A stretch of 64,000 bases of DNA, from contig NZ_JBHRYH010000021.1 in NCBI RefSeq assembly GCF_042648905.1, positions 107,657 to 171,656 of the forward strand. The letters run 5' to 3'. The position numbers were made by a program, and so were the translations under genes. Shown in pieces: positions 29,219 to 39,533 of this stretch (within the stretch, counting starts at the first letter, position 1; every line of letters begins with the position of its first letter). The notes below the pieces were generated by a model, which was not told the origin of the DNA, made no database searches, and was given only the letters and a program-made list of their open reading frames with translations. The DNA is from Vogesella amnigena. GTDB taxonomy: Bacteria; Pseudomonadota; Gammaproteobacteria; Burkholderiales; Chromobacteriaceae.

Positions 29219-30805
29219 TCAGCTGCCTTTCACTGCTGACCAGTCCAGCCCGAAACGCGCCAGGTACTTGCGCAGCCGGTCGGCATCATTGGCCTGGCTG
29301 CGGGCCTGACGCGATACCGCGAACAGCTTGCGGCCAGCCTCCGACAGACTGGCCGACTCGCGGCAGACGGTGACCACCGCCTCCAGCTGCACCCGCTCGA
29401 ACAGGTCCAGCTCCGCCGCTTGCGGCAACAACCCGGCCAGCAGGCTCGGGCGCTCGCCCGCTGCCAGCGCCCAGTTGCGCCGCAGCCTGCCAATTTCCTC
29501 CGCCACCTCGTGCTGGCCGATATTGCCACCCTCGGCCAGGGTCGCCATGCGTGTCACCGATGCGGACAGCTCGCGGAAATTGCCGCGCCACTGCGCATCC
29601 GGCGAGCAGGCAAACGCCAGGTAGTCCTCTCGCGCCTCGCGTGCGAAACGCACCCGCTCGCCACTTTCCCTGGCATGGCGCAGCAGCTCGAACTCCAGGT
29701 TGGGCGCGATGTCTTCCGGCCGTTCCACCAGCCCCGGCAGATCGAAACTCCACAGGTTGATGCGCGCGTACAGGTCTTCGCGGAAACGGCCCTCGGCCAC
29801 CCACTGCCGCAGATCGCGCACCGTGCCGCACACCAGCTGGAAGCTGCTGGTCACTTCGCGATCGCCACCAAACGGAAAGAAGCGCTTTTCCTCGATGGCC
29901 TTGAGCAGCATGGCCTGCTCATCCGCACCCAGTTCACCGATTTCATCAAGAAACAGCAGCCCGCCATCGGCACTCTTGAGCAGGCCGTCACGCGCATTCA
30001 GCGCGCCGGTGAAGGCGCCTTTGACGTGGCCGAACAGCGCCGACATGGCACTGTCGCCACGCAGCGTTGCGCAGTTCACCTCAACAAAGCGCCCGGCAAG
30101 CTGGTGCCGGGCTTTCTTCAGCTCGTATAGCCGCCGCGCCAGGAAGCTCTTGCCGGCCCCTGTCGGCCCGCACAGCAGCATCGGCGCGGTGGAGCGGGTG
30201 GCGACCCGCTCGATCTCGCCGATCATGCGGTTGAAGGCTGGATTGCGGGTGGCGATGCCGGACTTGAGCAGCGCCAGCGTGTCGTCACGCTGGCGAGCGA
30301 AACGCTGGGCAATCTGGTCGTAGCGCGACAGATCCAGGTCGATCACCTTCACCGTACCGGCGTAGTGGCTATCGCGATGGCCAATGGCGCTTTGCAGCAG
30401 CCGGGCCGGGATATGCCGCGACTCGGCCAGCAGAAACCAGCAGATCTGCGCCACGTGGGTACCGGTGGTGATGTGCAGCAGGTAGTCCTCGTTCTCGCTA
30501 TCGAAAGGGTATGCCGCGGCGTAGTCGTGCAGCGTGGAATAGACCTCCTCGAAGTCCCAGGGGTCGCGCAGATTGCACGGCGACAGCACCACCTCGGTCT
30601 GCGGCGACACGCTGGCGATATCGGCAGCCGTCAGTTTTGCCAGGTTCAGGCTGTGGTTGTCGTGCAGCAGGTGCAGCCGGTCGACGGGCAATTGCGGCTG
30701 TCGGCAGATGCCTACCGTTGGCCGCCACTTCTGCCAGCGCGCCTCACCGTAACCGCCCTTGTCCAGCACTGTGCCGAGAAAGCCGATGACTACCGTTTTA
30801 CGCAT
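29219..30805 (-). CDS. rtcR: sigma54-dependent transcriptional activator RtcR (N-terminal CARF domain + AAA+ sigma54-interaction domain + HTH)
   Basis: MRKTVVIGFLGTVLDKG CARF N-terminus. GPTGAGKS Walker A. GAFTGA, ESELFGH-like and arginine-finger motifs. C-terminal HTH. Confidence 0.9.
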   Translation of the reverse strand: MRKTVVIGFLGTVLDKGGYGEARWQKWRPTVGICRQPQLPVDRLHLLHDNHSLNLAKLTAADIASVSPQTEVVLSPCNLRDPWDFEEVYSTLHDYAAAYPFDSENEDYLLHITTGTHVAQICWFLLAESRHIPARLLQSAIGHRDSHYAGTVKVIDLDLSRYDQIAQRFARQRDDTLALLKSGIATRNPAFNRMIGEIERVATRSTAPMLLCGPTGAGKSFLARRLYELKKARHQLAGRFVEVNCATLRGDSAMSALFGHVKGAFTGALNARDGLLKSADGGLLFLDEIGELGADEQAMLLKAIEEKRFFPFGGDREVTSSFQLVCGTVRDLRQWVAEGRFREDLYARINLWSFDLPGLVERPEDIAPNLEFELLRHARESGERVRFAREAREDYLAFACSPDAQWRGNFRELSASVTRMATLAEGGNIGQHEVAEEIGRLRRNWALAAGERPSLLAGLLPQAAELDLFERVQLEAVVTVCRESASLSEAGRKLFAVSRQARSQANDADRLRKYLARFGLDWSAVKGS

Positions 30806-30958
30806 CGCTTCATATCCACATGGCTAATTTTACTAGCCAAATTTATCAGAAATTTACATGACATGGCACGTAGTCAGTCAGTGCCGCATTACCAGCGGAA
30901 ATTTTTTCTTCTTTCAAAACAACAATCTGCAGGAAATTCAAGCCATGCCCAGTGCAGC

Positions 30959-30974
30959 TGGCACGGCTTTGGCA
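30959..30974 (+). promoter_or_regulatory. sigma54 (-24/-12) promoter candidate TGGCAC-GGCTT-TGGCA, divergent from rtcR
   Basis: GG and GC separated by the canonical 10 nt. Single deviation from TGGCAC-N5-TTGCA. Located 154 bp from the rtcR start, oriented toward the ncRNA / SPFH / rtcB genes. Confidence 0.55.
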
Positions 30975-31096
30975 ATGGTAACGGCACTGTCGCAAGCAGC
31001 ACGGTGCCTGCGGGAGGCGGCTCCAGTCCGCCCCGGTGCCCGGTGCCAGGCCCGCCTGTCGTGGCCGGGTATGCCGCCCGTGATGTGGACAGTGTT

Positions 31097-31146
31097 GGCG
31101 ATGGCAGGGATGCGTCATCCGGGTTCGACTCCCGGCATCGCCACCA
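31097..31146 (+). ncRNA. tRNA-like minihelix: 7-bp acceptor stem (GGCGATG/CATCGCC) + small hairpin + canonical T-arm (CCGGG-TTCGACT-CCCGG) + encoded 3' ACCA
   Basis: Sequence ggcgatggcagggatgcgtcatccgggttcgactcccggcatcgccacca. Lacks D and anticodon arms. Resembles the acceptor/T-arm mimic of YrlA-type Y RNAs. Confidence 0.5.
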
Positions 31147-31219
31147 ATCGGTAGCTCATTCTGGATAGAGCAACAGCCTCGCAAGCTGTGTGTAGCGGGT
31201 TCGAATCCCGTCCGAACGT
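31145..31219 (+). ncRNA. tRNA-like element with D-arm (GCTC...GAGC), anticodon arm (ACAGC-CUCGCAA-GCUGU; anticodon CGC with U33/A37), variable loop, T-arm (GCGGG-TTCGAAT-CCCGT); acceptor stem only 5/7 paired and no CCA (likely pseudo-tRNA / tRNA mimic)
   Basis: caatcgg ta gctc attctggata gagc a acagc ctcgcaa gctgt gtgta gcggg ttcgaat cccgt ccgaacg t. Abuts the CCA of the preceding minihelix. Confidence 0.4.
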
Positions 31220-31430
31220 CACTGTTGAGACGCTATTGATATTGCAGCAACCGAACCGGTGCGGCCCATGGCCGCCACGCCGGCAGCCGGCAAACGGCGC
31301 ATGCATGCGGCAGCGACAAGGCAGCCCCCGACCGCAGTCTGGTACGGGAGGCCACCCGCCTCGCCCCCGCCGGCACCCGCCGCCCGCCCGCCGCTGGCGT
31401 GCCCCCGGTTCACCACGAAAGGACAAGAAC

Positions 31431-32570
31431 ATGCTGTGGAAAAAACTGCTGGTAAAAAAACACGAGCGCGGCCTGCTGCTGCGCGACGGCGACTTCGAGC
31501 GCATCCTGCCGCCCGGCCGTCACTACCTGTTCGACCCGCTGCGGCAGCTGCAGCTGGAAACGGTTACCCTGAGCCAGCCGCGCTTTACCCATGCGCTGGC
31601 CGACTACCTGCGCCAGCACGCAGCGGAGGTGGTGGACGAGCACTTCCACCGTGTCGAACTGGGAGATGACGAAGCGGCCCTGCGCTTCGAGGGCGAGCAG
31701 CTGGTGGAGATTCTGCCGCCCGGCCACAACGCGCTGTACTGGCGCGCAGCCGGTACGCTACGGCTGGAGCGCATCCAGCTGCGCGACACCCGCGAGCTGC
31801 CGGCCGGTCTGCTGTCCCGCCTGACACAGACGATACTGCGCGGCCGCGCCATTGCCGGCCTGGCCGGGGTGCTGAATGTGCAGGTCCCCGCCGGCCACGT
31901 AGGCGTGCTGCGCTGCGAGGGCGAAGCGCTCACCCTGCTGCAACCGGGGCGCTACGGCTACTGGCGCTTCAACCGCGATATCGCGGTGGAGCTGGTGGAT
32001 ACCCGCCTGCAGGCACTGGAAGTCAGCGGCCAGGAAATCCTGACCCGCGACAAGGTCAGCCTGCGCCTGAACCTGACCGCCAACTGGCAGTACAGCGATG
32101 TGGGCCAGGCCTTCAGCCTGCTGCCCAAGCCGGCCGAGCACCTGTACCGCGAGCTGCAACTGTTGCTGCGCGCCGCCGTAGGCACCCGCACGCTGGACGA
32201 GCTGCTGGAGAACAAGCAGCTGCTGGACCGGGAACTGCTGGAGCGCGCCGGCGAACGCCTGGCCGGCTGCGGCCTCGCCCTGCAGGCGCTGGGGGTGAAG
32301 GACATCATCCTGCCGGGAGAAATGAAGGCGCTGCTGTCGCAGGTAGTGGAGGCAGAAAAGGCCGCACAGGCCAACGTGATTCGCCGCCGCGAGGAAACCG
32401 GCGCCACCCGCTCGCTGCTGAACACAGCCCGGGTAATGGAAGACAACCCCACCGCGCTGCGGCTCAAGGAGCTGGAAACGCTGGAGCGGCTGGCCGAGCG
32501 CATCGACAAGATCTCGGTGATCGGCGGCCTCGATCAGCTGCTGAACGGGCTGGTGAAGATCGGCCGCTGA
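31431..32570 (+). CDS. SPFH/band-7 (stomatin/prohibitin/flotillin-like) domain protein, 380 aa
   Basis: QEILTRDKVSLRLNLTANWQY ... TLDELLENKQLLDRELLE ... LGVKDIILPGEMK ... EAEKAAQANVIRRREETGA ... NPTALRLKELETLE matches SPFH core and C-terminal coiled-coil patterns. ATG preceded by GAAAGGA. Confidence 0.7.
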   Translation: MLWKKLLVKKHERGLLLRDGDFERILPPGRHYLFDPLRQLQLETVTLSQPRFTHALADYLRQHAAEVVDEHFHRVELGDDEAALRFEGEQLVEILPPGHNALYWRAAGTLRLERIQLRDTRELPAGLLSRLTQTILRGRAIAGLAGVLNVQVPAGHVGVLRCEGEALTLLQPGRYGYWRFNRDIAVELVDTRLQALEVSGQEILTRDKVSLRLNLTANWQYSDVGQAFSLLPKPAEHLYRELQLLLRAAVGTRTLDELLENKQLLDRELLERAGERLAGCGLALQALGVKDIILPGEMKALLSQVVEAEKAAQANVIRRREETGATRSLLNTARVMEDNPTALRLKELETLERLAERIDKISVIGGLDQLLNGLVKIGR

Positions 32571-32577
32571 ACACCAG

Positions 32578-32603
32578 CCTGCGGCCAACGTTGGCCGCAG
32601 GCC
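32578..32603. repeat. REP-like palindrome CCTGCGGCCAACGTTGGCCGCAGG between the SPFH gene and rtcB
   Basis: Perfect 10-bp arms. Confidence 0.7.
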
Positions 32604-32626
32604 GACACAACAGAAAGACAATAACC

Positions 32627-33844
<1,218 letters not shown>

Positions 33845-33846
33845 AT

Positions 33847-33870
33847 CCTGCGGCCAGGGTTGGCCGCAAC
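33847..33870. repeat. REP-like palindrome CCTGCGGCCAGGGTTGGCCGCAAC between rtcB and the nucleotidyltransferase gene
   Basis: Family member with a GGG spacer. Confidence 0.65.
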
Positions 33871-33890
33871 AATCAGACAAGGACAATGCC

Positions 33891-34700
33891 ATGTTTCACT
33901 TCCCCTATGCTCACCCGTTGCCGGATACCGTGCGGCAGCGGGTGGATGCCGAACTGTCTGCGCTGGAAACCCGCTACCGCGTGCGGGTACTGTTTGCCTG
34001 CGAATCCGGCAGCCGGGCGTGGGGCTTTGCCTCGCCGGACAGCGACTACGACGTGCGCTTCCTCTATGTGCACGAACCAGAATGGTATCTACGGGTGCAA
34101 GCGCAGCGCGATGTCATCGAACTGCCGATCAGCGACGAGCTGGACATCAGTGGCTGGGAGCTGCGCAAGGCGCTGCGCCTGCTGGCCGCCGGCAACCCCA
34201 CCCTGTTCGAGTGGCTGCAGTCGCCACTGCTGTACCGTGCCGAGCCGCAATTCGTCGCCGAGCTGCTGGCGCTGGCCGCTCACTGCCACTCGCCGCTGAA
34301 AAGCCGCTGGCACTACCTGTCGATGGCGCGCAAGAACTTCCGCGGCTACCTGCAGGGGGATATGGTGCGCTGGAAAAAGTACCTGTACGTGCTGCGCCCG
34401 CTGCTGGCCGCCGCCTGGCTGGATGCCGGGCGCGGCATGGTGCCGATGCGCTTTGCCGACCTGGCCAGCGCCATGGTGCACGAGCCAGCACTGGCAGCTG
34501 CCATCACCGAGCTGCTGCAACGCAAGATGCAGGCCGGCGAAGCCGCCGTCGGGCCGGCCATGCCACAGGTGGATGCCTTCATCCGCAAGGCGTTGGCGCA
34601 ATATGATGCGGCTCCGCCACTACCCGCGCCCACCGGCACCGACGGGCTGGATGCGCTGCTGTACCGGCAGGTGCTGGGCATTACCAGCAGCCTGGCTTGA
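33891..34700 (+). CDS. pol-beta-superfamily nucleotidyltransferase (GS-x10-DxD motif) with C-terminal helical domain; RtcB-associated
   Basis: RVLFACESGSRAWGFASPDSDYDVRFLYV minimal NTase motif. 269 aa. Immediately downstream of rtcB. Confidence 0.65.
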   Translation: MFHFPYAHPLPDTVRQRVDAELSALETRYRVRVLFACESGSRAWGFASPDSDYDVRFLYVHEPEWYLRVQAQRDVIELPISDELDISGWELRKALRLLAAGNPTLFEWLQSPLLYRAEPQFVAELLALAAHCHSPLKSRWHYLSMARKNFRGYLQGDMVRWKKYLYVLRPLLAAAWLDAGRGMVPMRFADLASAMVHEPALAAAITELLQRKMQAGEAAVGPAMPQVDAFIRKALAQYDAAPPLPAPTGTDGLDALLYRQVLGITSSLA

Positions 34701-34747
34701 CCCTCAAGCCGCATCCCGCTCGGCAAACGCTTCCTTGGCAGCCGGCC

Positions 34748-35242
34748 TCACGGCAACAGCAGCGGCAGGGGCGTGCTGTCACCAAGCTTGCCGTACAGCG
34801 GCGAGCCGGCATCGGTTTCATCCTGCAGCAGCGCCTGTTGCCGGGCATTGGGCCGCCCCAGCCATTGCACGCTGCCGTCGTCACGGGTGTAACGCGCCAC
34901 CAGCTGCATGCGCTTGGGCGCATACAGCACCAGCAGCTGGTGCGGACAGTTGTGCGGCTCACACACCCAGCCGCGCAGGTAGTCCTCGCGGCCGGCCTTC
35001 AGCGGAATCAGCGGTGTGCTGACGCCATTGCCCACCCAAGAGGGCGCCTTGCCGCCGCTACCGCGAAACACCGCCTGCACCGCGTTGCGAAAGCCACGAT
35101 CCGCCGCGTAGACATCGCCAAAGTAGGCGCACTGCGCCTGCTGCTTGCACTGCAAGGCCTGCATGGCAGTACGCTTGTCTGCAGCCTGGGCGCTGCCAGC
35201 CGCCAGCAGCACGCTCAGTGCCGCAATCCAGTAGTTACGCAT
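34748..35242 (-). CDS. ivy: periplasmic lysozyme inhibitor of Ivy family
   Basis: Signal peptide. CEPHNCPHQ corresponds to the Ivy CKPHDC inhibitory loop. About 160 aa. Confidence 0.55.
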   Translation of the reverse strand: MRNYWIAALSVLLAAGSAQAADKRTAMQALQCKQQAQCAYFGDVYAADRGFRNAVQAVFRGSGGKAPSWVGNGVSTPLIPLKAGREDYLRGWVCEPHNCPHQLLVLYAPKRMQLVARYTRDDGSVQWLGRPNARQQALLQDETDAGSPLYGKLGDSTPLPLLLP

Positions 35243-35383
35243 AAGCGCCCCTTGTCTATGTCATGCCTGCATCATGCCACGCGGTTCGCCAGCTGCCCAT
35301 GATGACGCTCCGGTTGGCAGCCACCACCCGGCTGCCGCACAATCCGCGCATTCCGCCTTGCGGCCAACCTTTGCGCCTATCCG

Positions 35384-37438
35384 ATGACCGATCACTCCCA
35401 CGACCCGTTCCAGTGGCTGGAAAGCCTGGACGACCCCGCAGCCCTTGCCTGGGTGGCCGAGCAGAACGCCGCCACCCGCGCCCGGCTGGACACCGACCCG
35501 CGCTTTGCCGGATTGAAGCAATCCATCCTTGCCAACCTGCGCGATACGCGGCAGATTCCGTTCTTTGCCGAGCATGCCGGCTGGCTGTACAACTTCCATC
35601 AGGATGAGGCACACCCGCGCGGCATCTACCGTCGCTGCACGCTGGATGCCTACCGCGCCAATGCGCAGGACTGGCACACGGTGCTGGATATCGACGCACT
35701 GGCCGCCGCCGAGCAGGTGGACTGGTACCTGGACGGTGTGTCGCACTACACCGAGCAGCCGCAGCATGTGTTGCTCAGCCTCACCCCCGGTGGCTCCGAC
35801 GCCACCGTGACCCGCGAATACGATCTGGAAACGCAGGCGTTTGTGCCCGGCGGCTTCAGCTTCCCCTACGGCAAGAACCACATCGCCTGGCGCGATCTGG
35901 ACAGCGTGTTCGTGTGCCCGGCCTGGGACGAGGCGCAACTGACCCGCGCCGGCTACCCGCGCGAGGTGTGGCTGCTGCAGCGCGGCCAAAGCTGGAATGA
36001 GGCGCAGCCACTGCTGCAGCTGGACGAGGACGCGATGATGGTGGCGGCGTGGCGCTTCCTGGATGCGGCCAACCCAGCGGCGCCGGACGCCATCACTGCC
36101 TTCGACATCATAGAGGCCTCGGACAGCTTCTATAGCAAAACCTATTACCACCTTGCCAGCGATAGCCTGATTGCACTGCCGCTGCCGGAGCGCGCCGAGA
36201 TCGAGGCCTACAGCCACGGCGACCTGATCGTGAAGCTGGCCGAGGACTGGCAGTTCGCCGGCCAGCACTACACCGCCGGCAGCCTGCTGGCGGTAGCCTG
36301 CGCCGTGGGCAGCGGCAAGGTTGGCCGCATCGCTGAATTGTTCGTGCCGAATGAACAGCAATCGGTGGAGATGGTGGAAGCCACGCTGAACCTGCTGGCC
36401 ATCATCGTTATCGATAACGTGAAAAGCCGCCTGCTCACCCTGCGCTGGGCGGATGGCAGCTGGCAGCCGCACGCCAACCCGCTGCCCACCGGCGGCGTGA
36501 TCGAATTCGCTGACCAGCCGTGGCACAGCGACCTGCTGTACTACAGCTACAGCGACTTCCTCACCCCGGCCGGGCTGTACCGGCTGGACCTGCTGGCCGG
36601 CGGCGAGCCGGAAGTGCTGCGCCAGCAGCCCGCCGCCTTCGATGCCGCCGAGTTTGTTGCCGAGCAGCAGCAGGCGCGCGCGCCGGACGGCACCGCCATT
36701 CCCTACTTCGTGGTGCATCGCCGGGATCTGGCGCTGGACGGTGCCGCCCCGACGCTGCTGTACGGCTACGGTGGTTTCGAAGTGCCGATGATGCCCTACT
36801 ACATGGACAACTTCGGCCCGCAGTGGCTGGAGAAAGGCGGCGTGTTCGTGGTGGCCAATATCCGCGGCGGTGGCGAGTTCGGCCCGGCCTGGCACCAGGC
36901 GGCGCAAGGCCCGCAGCGGCAGGTGAGCTTCGACGATTTCATCGCGGTGGCGGAAGACCTGATCGCCCGCGGCTACACCAGCGCGCGCCGGCTGGGCATA
37001 GAAGGCGGCAGCAACGGCGGCCTGCTGGTGGGCGCCTGCATGGTGCAGCGCCCGGAGCTGTTCCACGCCGTGGTGTGCGAGGTGCCGCTACTGGACATGC
37101 TGCGCTACACCGAGCTGCTGGCCGGCGCCAGCTGGATAGACGAATACGGCGACCCGGCCGACCCGGCGGAGCGCGCTGCACTGGCGGCCTACTCGCCCTA
37201 TCACCATGCCAGTGCCGATGCCCGCTACCCGCTGGCGCTGTTCACCACCAGCAGCAAGGACGACCGCGTGCACCCGGCACATGCGCGCAAGATGGTGGCC
37301 AGGCTGCAGCAGCACGGCCACGACGTGCTGCTGTTCGAAACCGAGGGCGGGGGCCACGGCGGCAATACCGGCCAGGAACAGACCGCCGAGGAACTGGCGC
37401 GGGTGCTGGTTTATCTGTATCGCCAGCTGATGGACTAA
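35384..37438 (+). CDS. prolyl oligopeptidase family serine peptidase (S9A): beta-propeller + alpha/beta hydrolase
   Basis: 684 aa. GGSNGGLL nucleophile elbow; D and H of the catalytic triad in the C-terminal domain. N-terminal propeller region. Confidence 0.9.
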   Translation: MTDHSHDPFQWLESLDDPAALAWVAEQNAATRARLDTDPRFAGLKQSILANLRDTRQIPFFAEHAGWLYNFHQDEAHPRGIYRRCTLDAYRANAQDWHTVLDIDALAAAEQVDWYLDGVSHYTEQPQHVLLSLTPGGSDATVTREYDLETQAFVPGGFSFPYGKNHIAWRDLDSVFVCPAWDEAQLTRAGYPREVWLLQRGQSWNEAQPLLQLDEDAMMVAAWRFLDAANPAAPDAITAFDIIEASDSFYSKTYYHLASDSLIALPLPERAEIEAYSHGDLIVKLAEDWQFAGQHYTAGSLLAVACAVGSGKVGRIAELFVPNEQQSVEMVEATLNLLAIIVIDNVKSRLLTLRWADGSWQPHANPLPTGGVIEFADQPWHSDLLYYSYSDFLTPAGLYRLDLLAGGEPEVLRQQPAAFDAAEFVAEQQQARAPDGTAIPYFVVHRRDLALDGAAPTLLYGYGGFEVPMMPYYMDNFGPQWLEKGGVFVVANIRGGGEFGPAWHQAAQGPQRQVSFDDFIAVAEDLIARGYTSARRLGIEGGSNGGLLVGACMVQRPELFHAVVCEVPLLDMLRYTELLAGASWIDEYGDPADPAERAALAAYSPYHHASADARYPLALFTTSSKDDRVHPAHARKMVARLQQHGHDVLLFETEGGGHGGNTGQEQTAEELARVLVYLYRQLMD

Positions 37439-37447
37439 GCCACATAC

Positions 37448-37482
37448 CCTGCGGCCAACTATCCCGAGGTTGGCCGCAAGGG
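37448..37482. repeat. REP-like palindrome with 8-nt spacer (CCTGCGGCCAAC-TATCCCGA-GGTTGGCCGCAAGG)
   Basis: Intergenic, after the stop of the prolyl oligopeptidase gene. Confidence 0.65.
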
Positions 37483-37530
37483 CGCAGCTGACATACCATG
37501 CCCGCATCGACCTTCCATCATGGCGGCAGC

Positions 37531-39411
37531 ATGTCCCACCACCCCAACCAGTTCGACCTGTTCAAGACACGGCGCTTCCTGCCGCTGTTCATCACCCAGT
37601 TCTTTGGCGCCTTCAACGACAACCTGCTGAAGAACGCGGTGGTGGTGCTGATCAACTTTCACGGCATGCAGCTGATGGGGCTGGCGCCGGAGCTGATGAT
37701 CCAGCTGGCCGCCGCGCTGTTCATCCTGCCCTTTTTCCTGTTTTCCGCCACCGCCGGTCAGCTGTGCGAGAAGTACGACAAGGCGGCAGTGGCGCGTTTC
37801 GTCAAACGCATGGAGATCGCCATCATGCTGGTGGCGGCGGTGGGCTTCTGGCTGCATAACGGCGCCATCCTGATGTCCACCATCTTCCTGATGGGGGTGC
37901 ATTCCACGCTGTTCGGGCCGCTGAAGTTCAGCGTGCTGCCGCAGTATCTGCAGCCGAAGGAGCTGGTGGGCGGCAATGGCCTGATCGAGATGGGCACCTT
38001 TGTTTCCATCATCCTCGGCCAGGTGGCCGGCACCGTGCTGGTGAATGCCGACCCGCAGCGCTTCAGCATCATCGTGACGCTGCTGGCCTGCGCGCTGGCT
38101 GGCCTGGCCGCCGCGCGACGCATGCCGCCGGCACCGCCATCGTCGGCGGCACTGGCCATCGACTGGAACATGGCACGCCAGACCTGGGCCATCATCAGGC
38201 AGGCCAAGCAGAGCCGTCCGGTGTGGCTGTCGCTGCTGGGCATTTCCTGGTTCTGGTTCCTGGGCGCACTGTACCTGTCCAAGCTGCCGACCTTCGCTTC
38301 CGACGTGCTAGGCGGCGATGCCAGCGTCTACACCCTGCTGATGACGCTGTTTTCGCTCGGCGTGGGGCTGGGCTCGATGCTGTGCGAGAAGCTGTCCGGC
38401 CGCAAGGTGGAGCTGGGGCTGGTGCCGTTCGGTTCGCTGGGGCTGTGCCTGTTCGGCATCGACCTGTACTTCGCCACCCCGGCGCATGCCGGCAGCACGC
38501 TGACCTGGCTCAGCGTGCTGGGTAACCACGCCTACTGGCGGCTGGTGGCCGATTTCACCCTCATCGGCGTGTTTGGCGGCTTCTACATCGTGCCGCTGTA
38601 CGCGCTGGTGCAGTCGCGCGCCGCGCCAACATTCCGCTCGCGCGCCATTGCGGCCAACAACATCCTCAACTCGCTGTTCATGGTGGTATCCGCCGCCTTT
38701 GCCGCGGTGCTGGCAGCCAACGGCGTGAGCATTCCACACGTATTGCTGATCGCCGCGCTGCTGAACGTGGTGGTGGCGCTGTACATCTACAGCCTGCTGC
38801 CGGAATTCCTGATGCGCTTCCTGGTGTGGATCGCCACCCACACCCTGTACCGCATCCGCCACGAAGGGCTGGAGCACATTCCGGAGGAAGGCCCCTGCGT
38901 GCTGGTATGCAACCACGTGAGTTTCATGGACGCGCTGATCCTGGCCGGTGCCGTGCGCCGGCCGATCCGCTTCGTGATGGACCACAACATCTTCAAGGTG
39001 CCGCTGCTCAACTTCATCTTCCACACCGCGCGGGCGATTCCCATCGCCCCGGCCAAGGAAGATCCGCAGGCCAAGCAACGCGCCTTCGATGCGGTAGCGG
39101 CGGCACTGGCCGATGGCGAAGTGGTGTGCATTTTCCCGGAGGGGAAGATCACCTACGATGGAAACATCAATGTCTTCAAAGCCGGTATCGAGGAGATCGT
39201 GGCTCGCACCCCGGTACCGGTGGTGCCGATGGCACTGTGCGGCATGTGGGGCAGCTTCTTCTCGCGCCGCTATGGTGCCGCCATGCTGTGCTGGCCACGT
39301 CGCGCCTGGTCGAAAATCGCGCTGAAAGCCGGCCAGCCGGTGCCGGCCAGCGCAGTGCAGGCGGCGGGTCTGCAGCAGCAAGTTGCGCAATTACGCGGAG
39401 ATTGGCGCTGA
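37531..39411 (+). CDS. fusion protein: major-facilitator-superfamily (MFS) lysophospholipid transporter (LplT-like) + 1-acyl-glycerol-3-phosphate acyltransferase-like domain (Aas/PlsC-type, HX4D)
   Basis: 12-TM MFS N-terminal part (to about residue 400), then NHVSFMDALIL (HX4D acyltransferase motif) and FPEG motif. Confidence 0.8.
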   Translation: MSHHPNQFDLFKTRRFLPLFITQFFGAFNDNLLKNAVVVLINFHGMQLMGLAPELMIQLAAALFILPFFLFSATAGQLCEKYDKAAVARFVKRMEIAIMLVAAVGFWLHNGAILMSTIFLMGVHSTLFGPLKFSVLPQYLQPKELVGGNGLIEMGTFVSIILGQVAGTVLVNADPQRFSIIVTLLACALAGLAAARRMPPAPPSSAALAIDWNMARQTWAIIRQAKQSRPVWLSLLGISWFWFLGALYLSKLPTFASDVLGGDASVYTLLMTLFSLGVGLGSMLCEKLSGRKVELGLVPFGSLGLCLFGIDLYFATPAHAGSTLTWLSVLGNHAYWRLVADFTLIGVFGGFYIVPLYALVQSRAAPTFRSRAIAANNILNSLFMVVSAAFAAVLAANGVSIPHVLLIAALLNVVVALYIYSLLPEFLMRFLVWIATHTLYRIRHEGLEHIPEEGPCVLVCNHVSFMDALILAGAVRRPIRFVMDHNIFKVPLLNFIFHTARAIPIAPAKEDPQAKQRAFDAVAAALADGEVVCIFPEGKITYDGNINVFKAGIEEIVARTPVPVVPMALCGMWGSFFSRRYGAAMLCWPRRAWSKIALKAGQPVPASAVQAAGLQQQVAQLRGDWR

Positions 39412-39533
39412 TATTGCGACATGCCCGCCGGCTATTTGCGCGCCATGGCTTGCCGCCGCTGTGCGCTTGTGCCAGAGTGGCAGCCACGGATTTGATCAAG
39501 TTGTAACAAAGCAGCACTATAAAGGAGCGTTTC

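Larger units (their letters stand above)
30985..31230 (+). ncRNA. GC-rich structured leader / candidate Y-RNA-like non-coding RNA containing two tandem tRNA-like modules
   Basis: Predicted start about 12 nt downstream of the -12 element. Nested GC stems (ggcac...gtgcc; ctgtc...gacag), then tRNA-like elements. No coding-like ORF. The CDS-free interval extends to 31430. Confidence 0.4.

Noticed and set aside
31145-31219. Calling the second tRNA-like element a genuine tRNA-Ala(CGC) gene
   Set aside because: The acceptor stem has two mismatches (5/7). There is no CCA or plausible discriminator context. The D-loop is atypical (10 nt without the conserved GG). It is embedded in an operon leader fused to another tRNA-like minihelix. 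It is treated as a tRNA mimic or pseudo-tRNA pending tRNAscan-SE.
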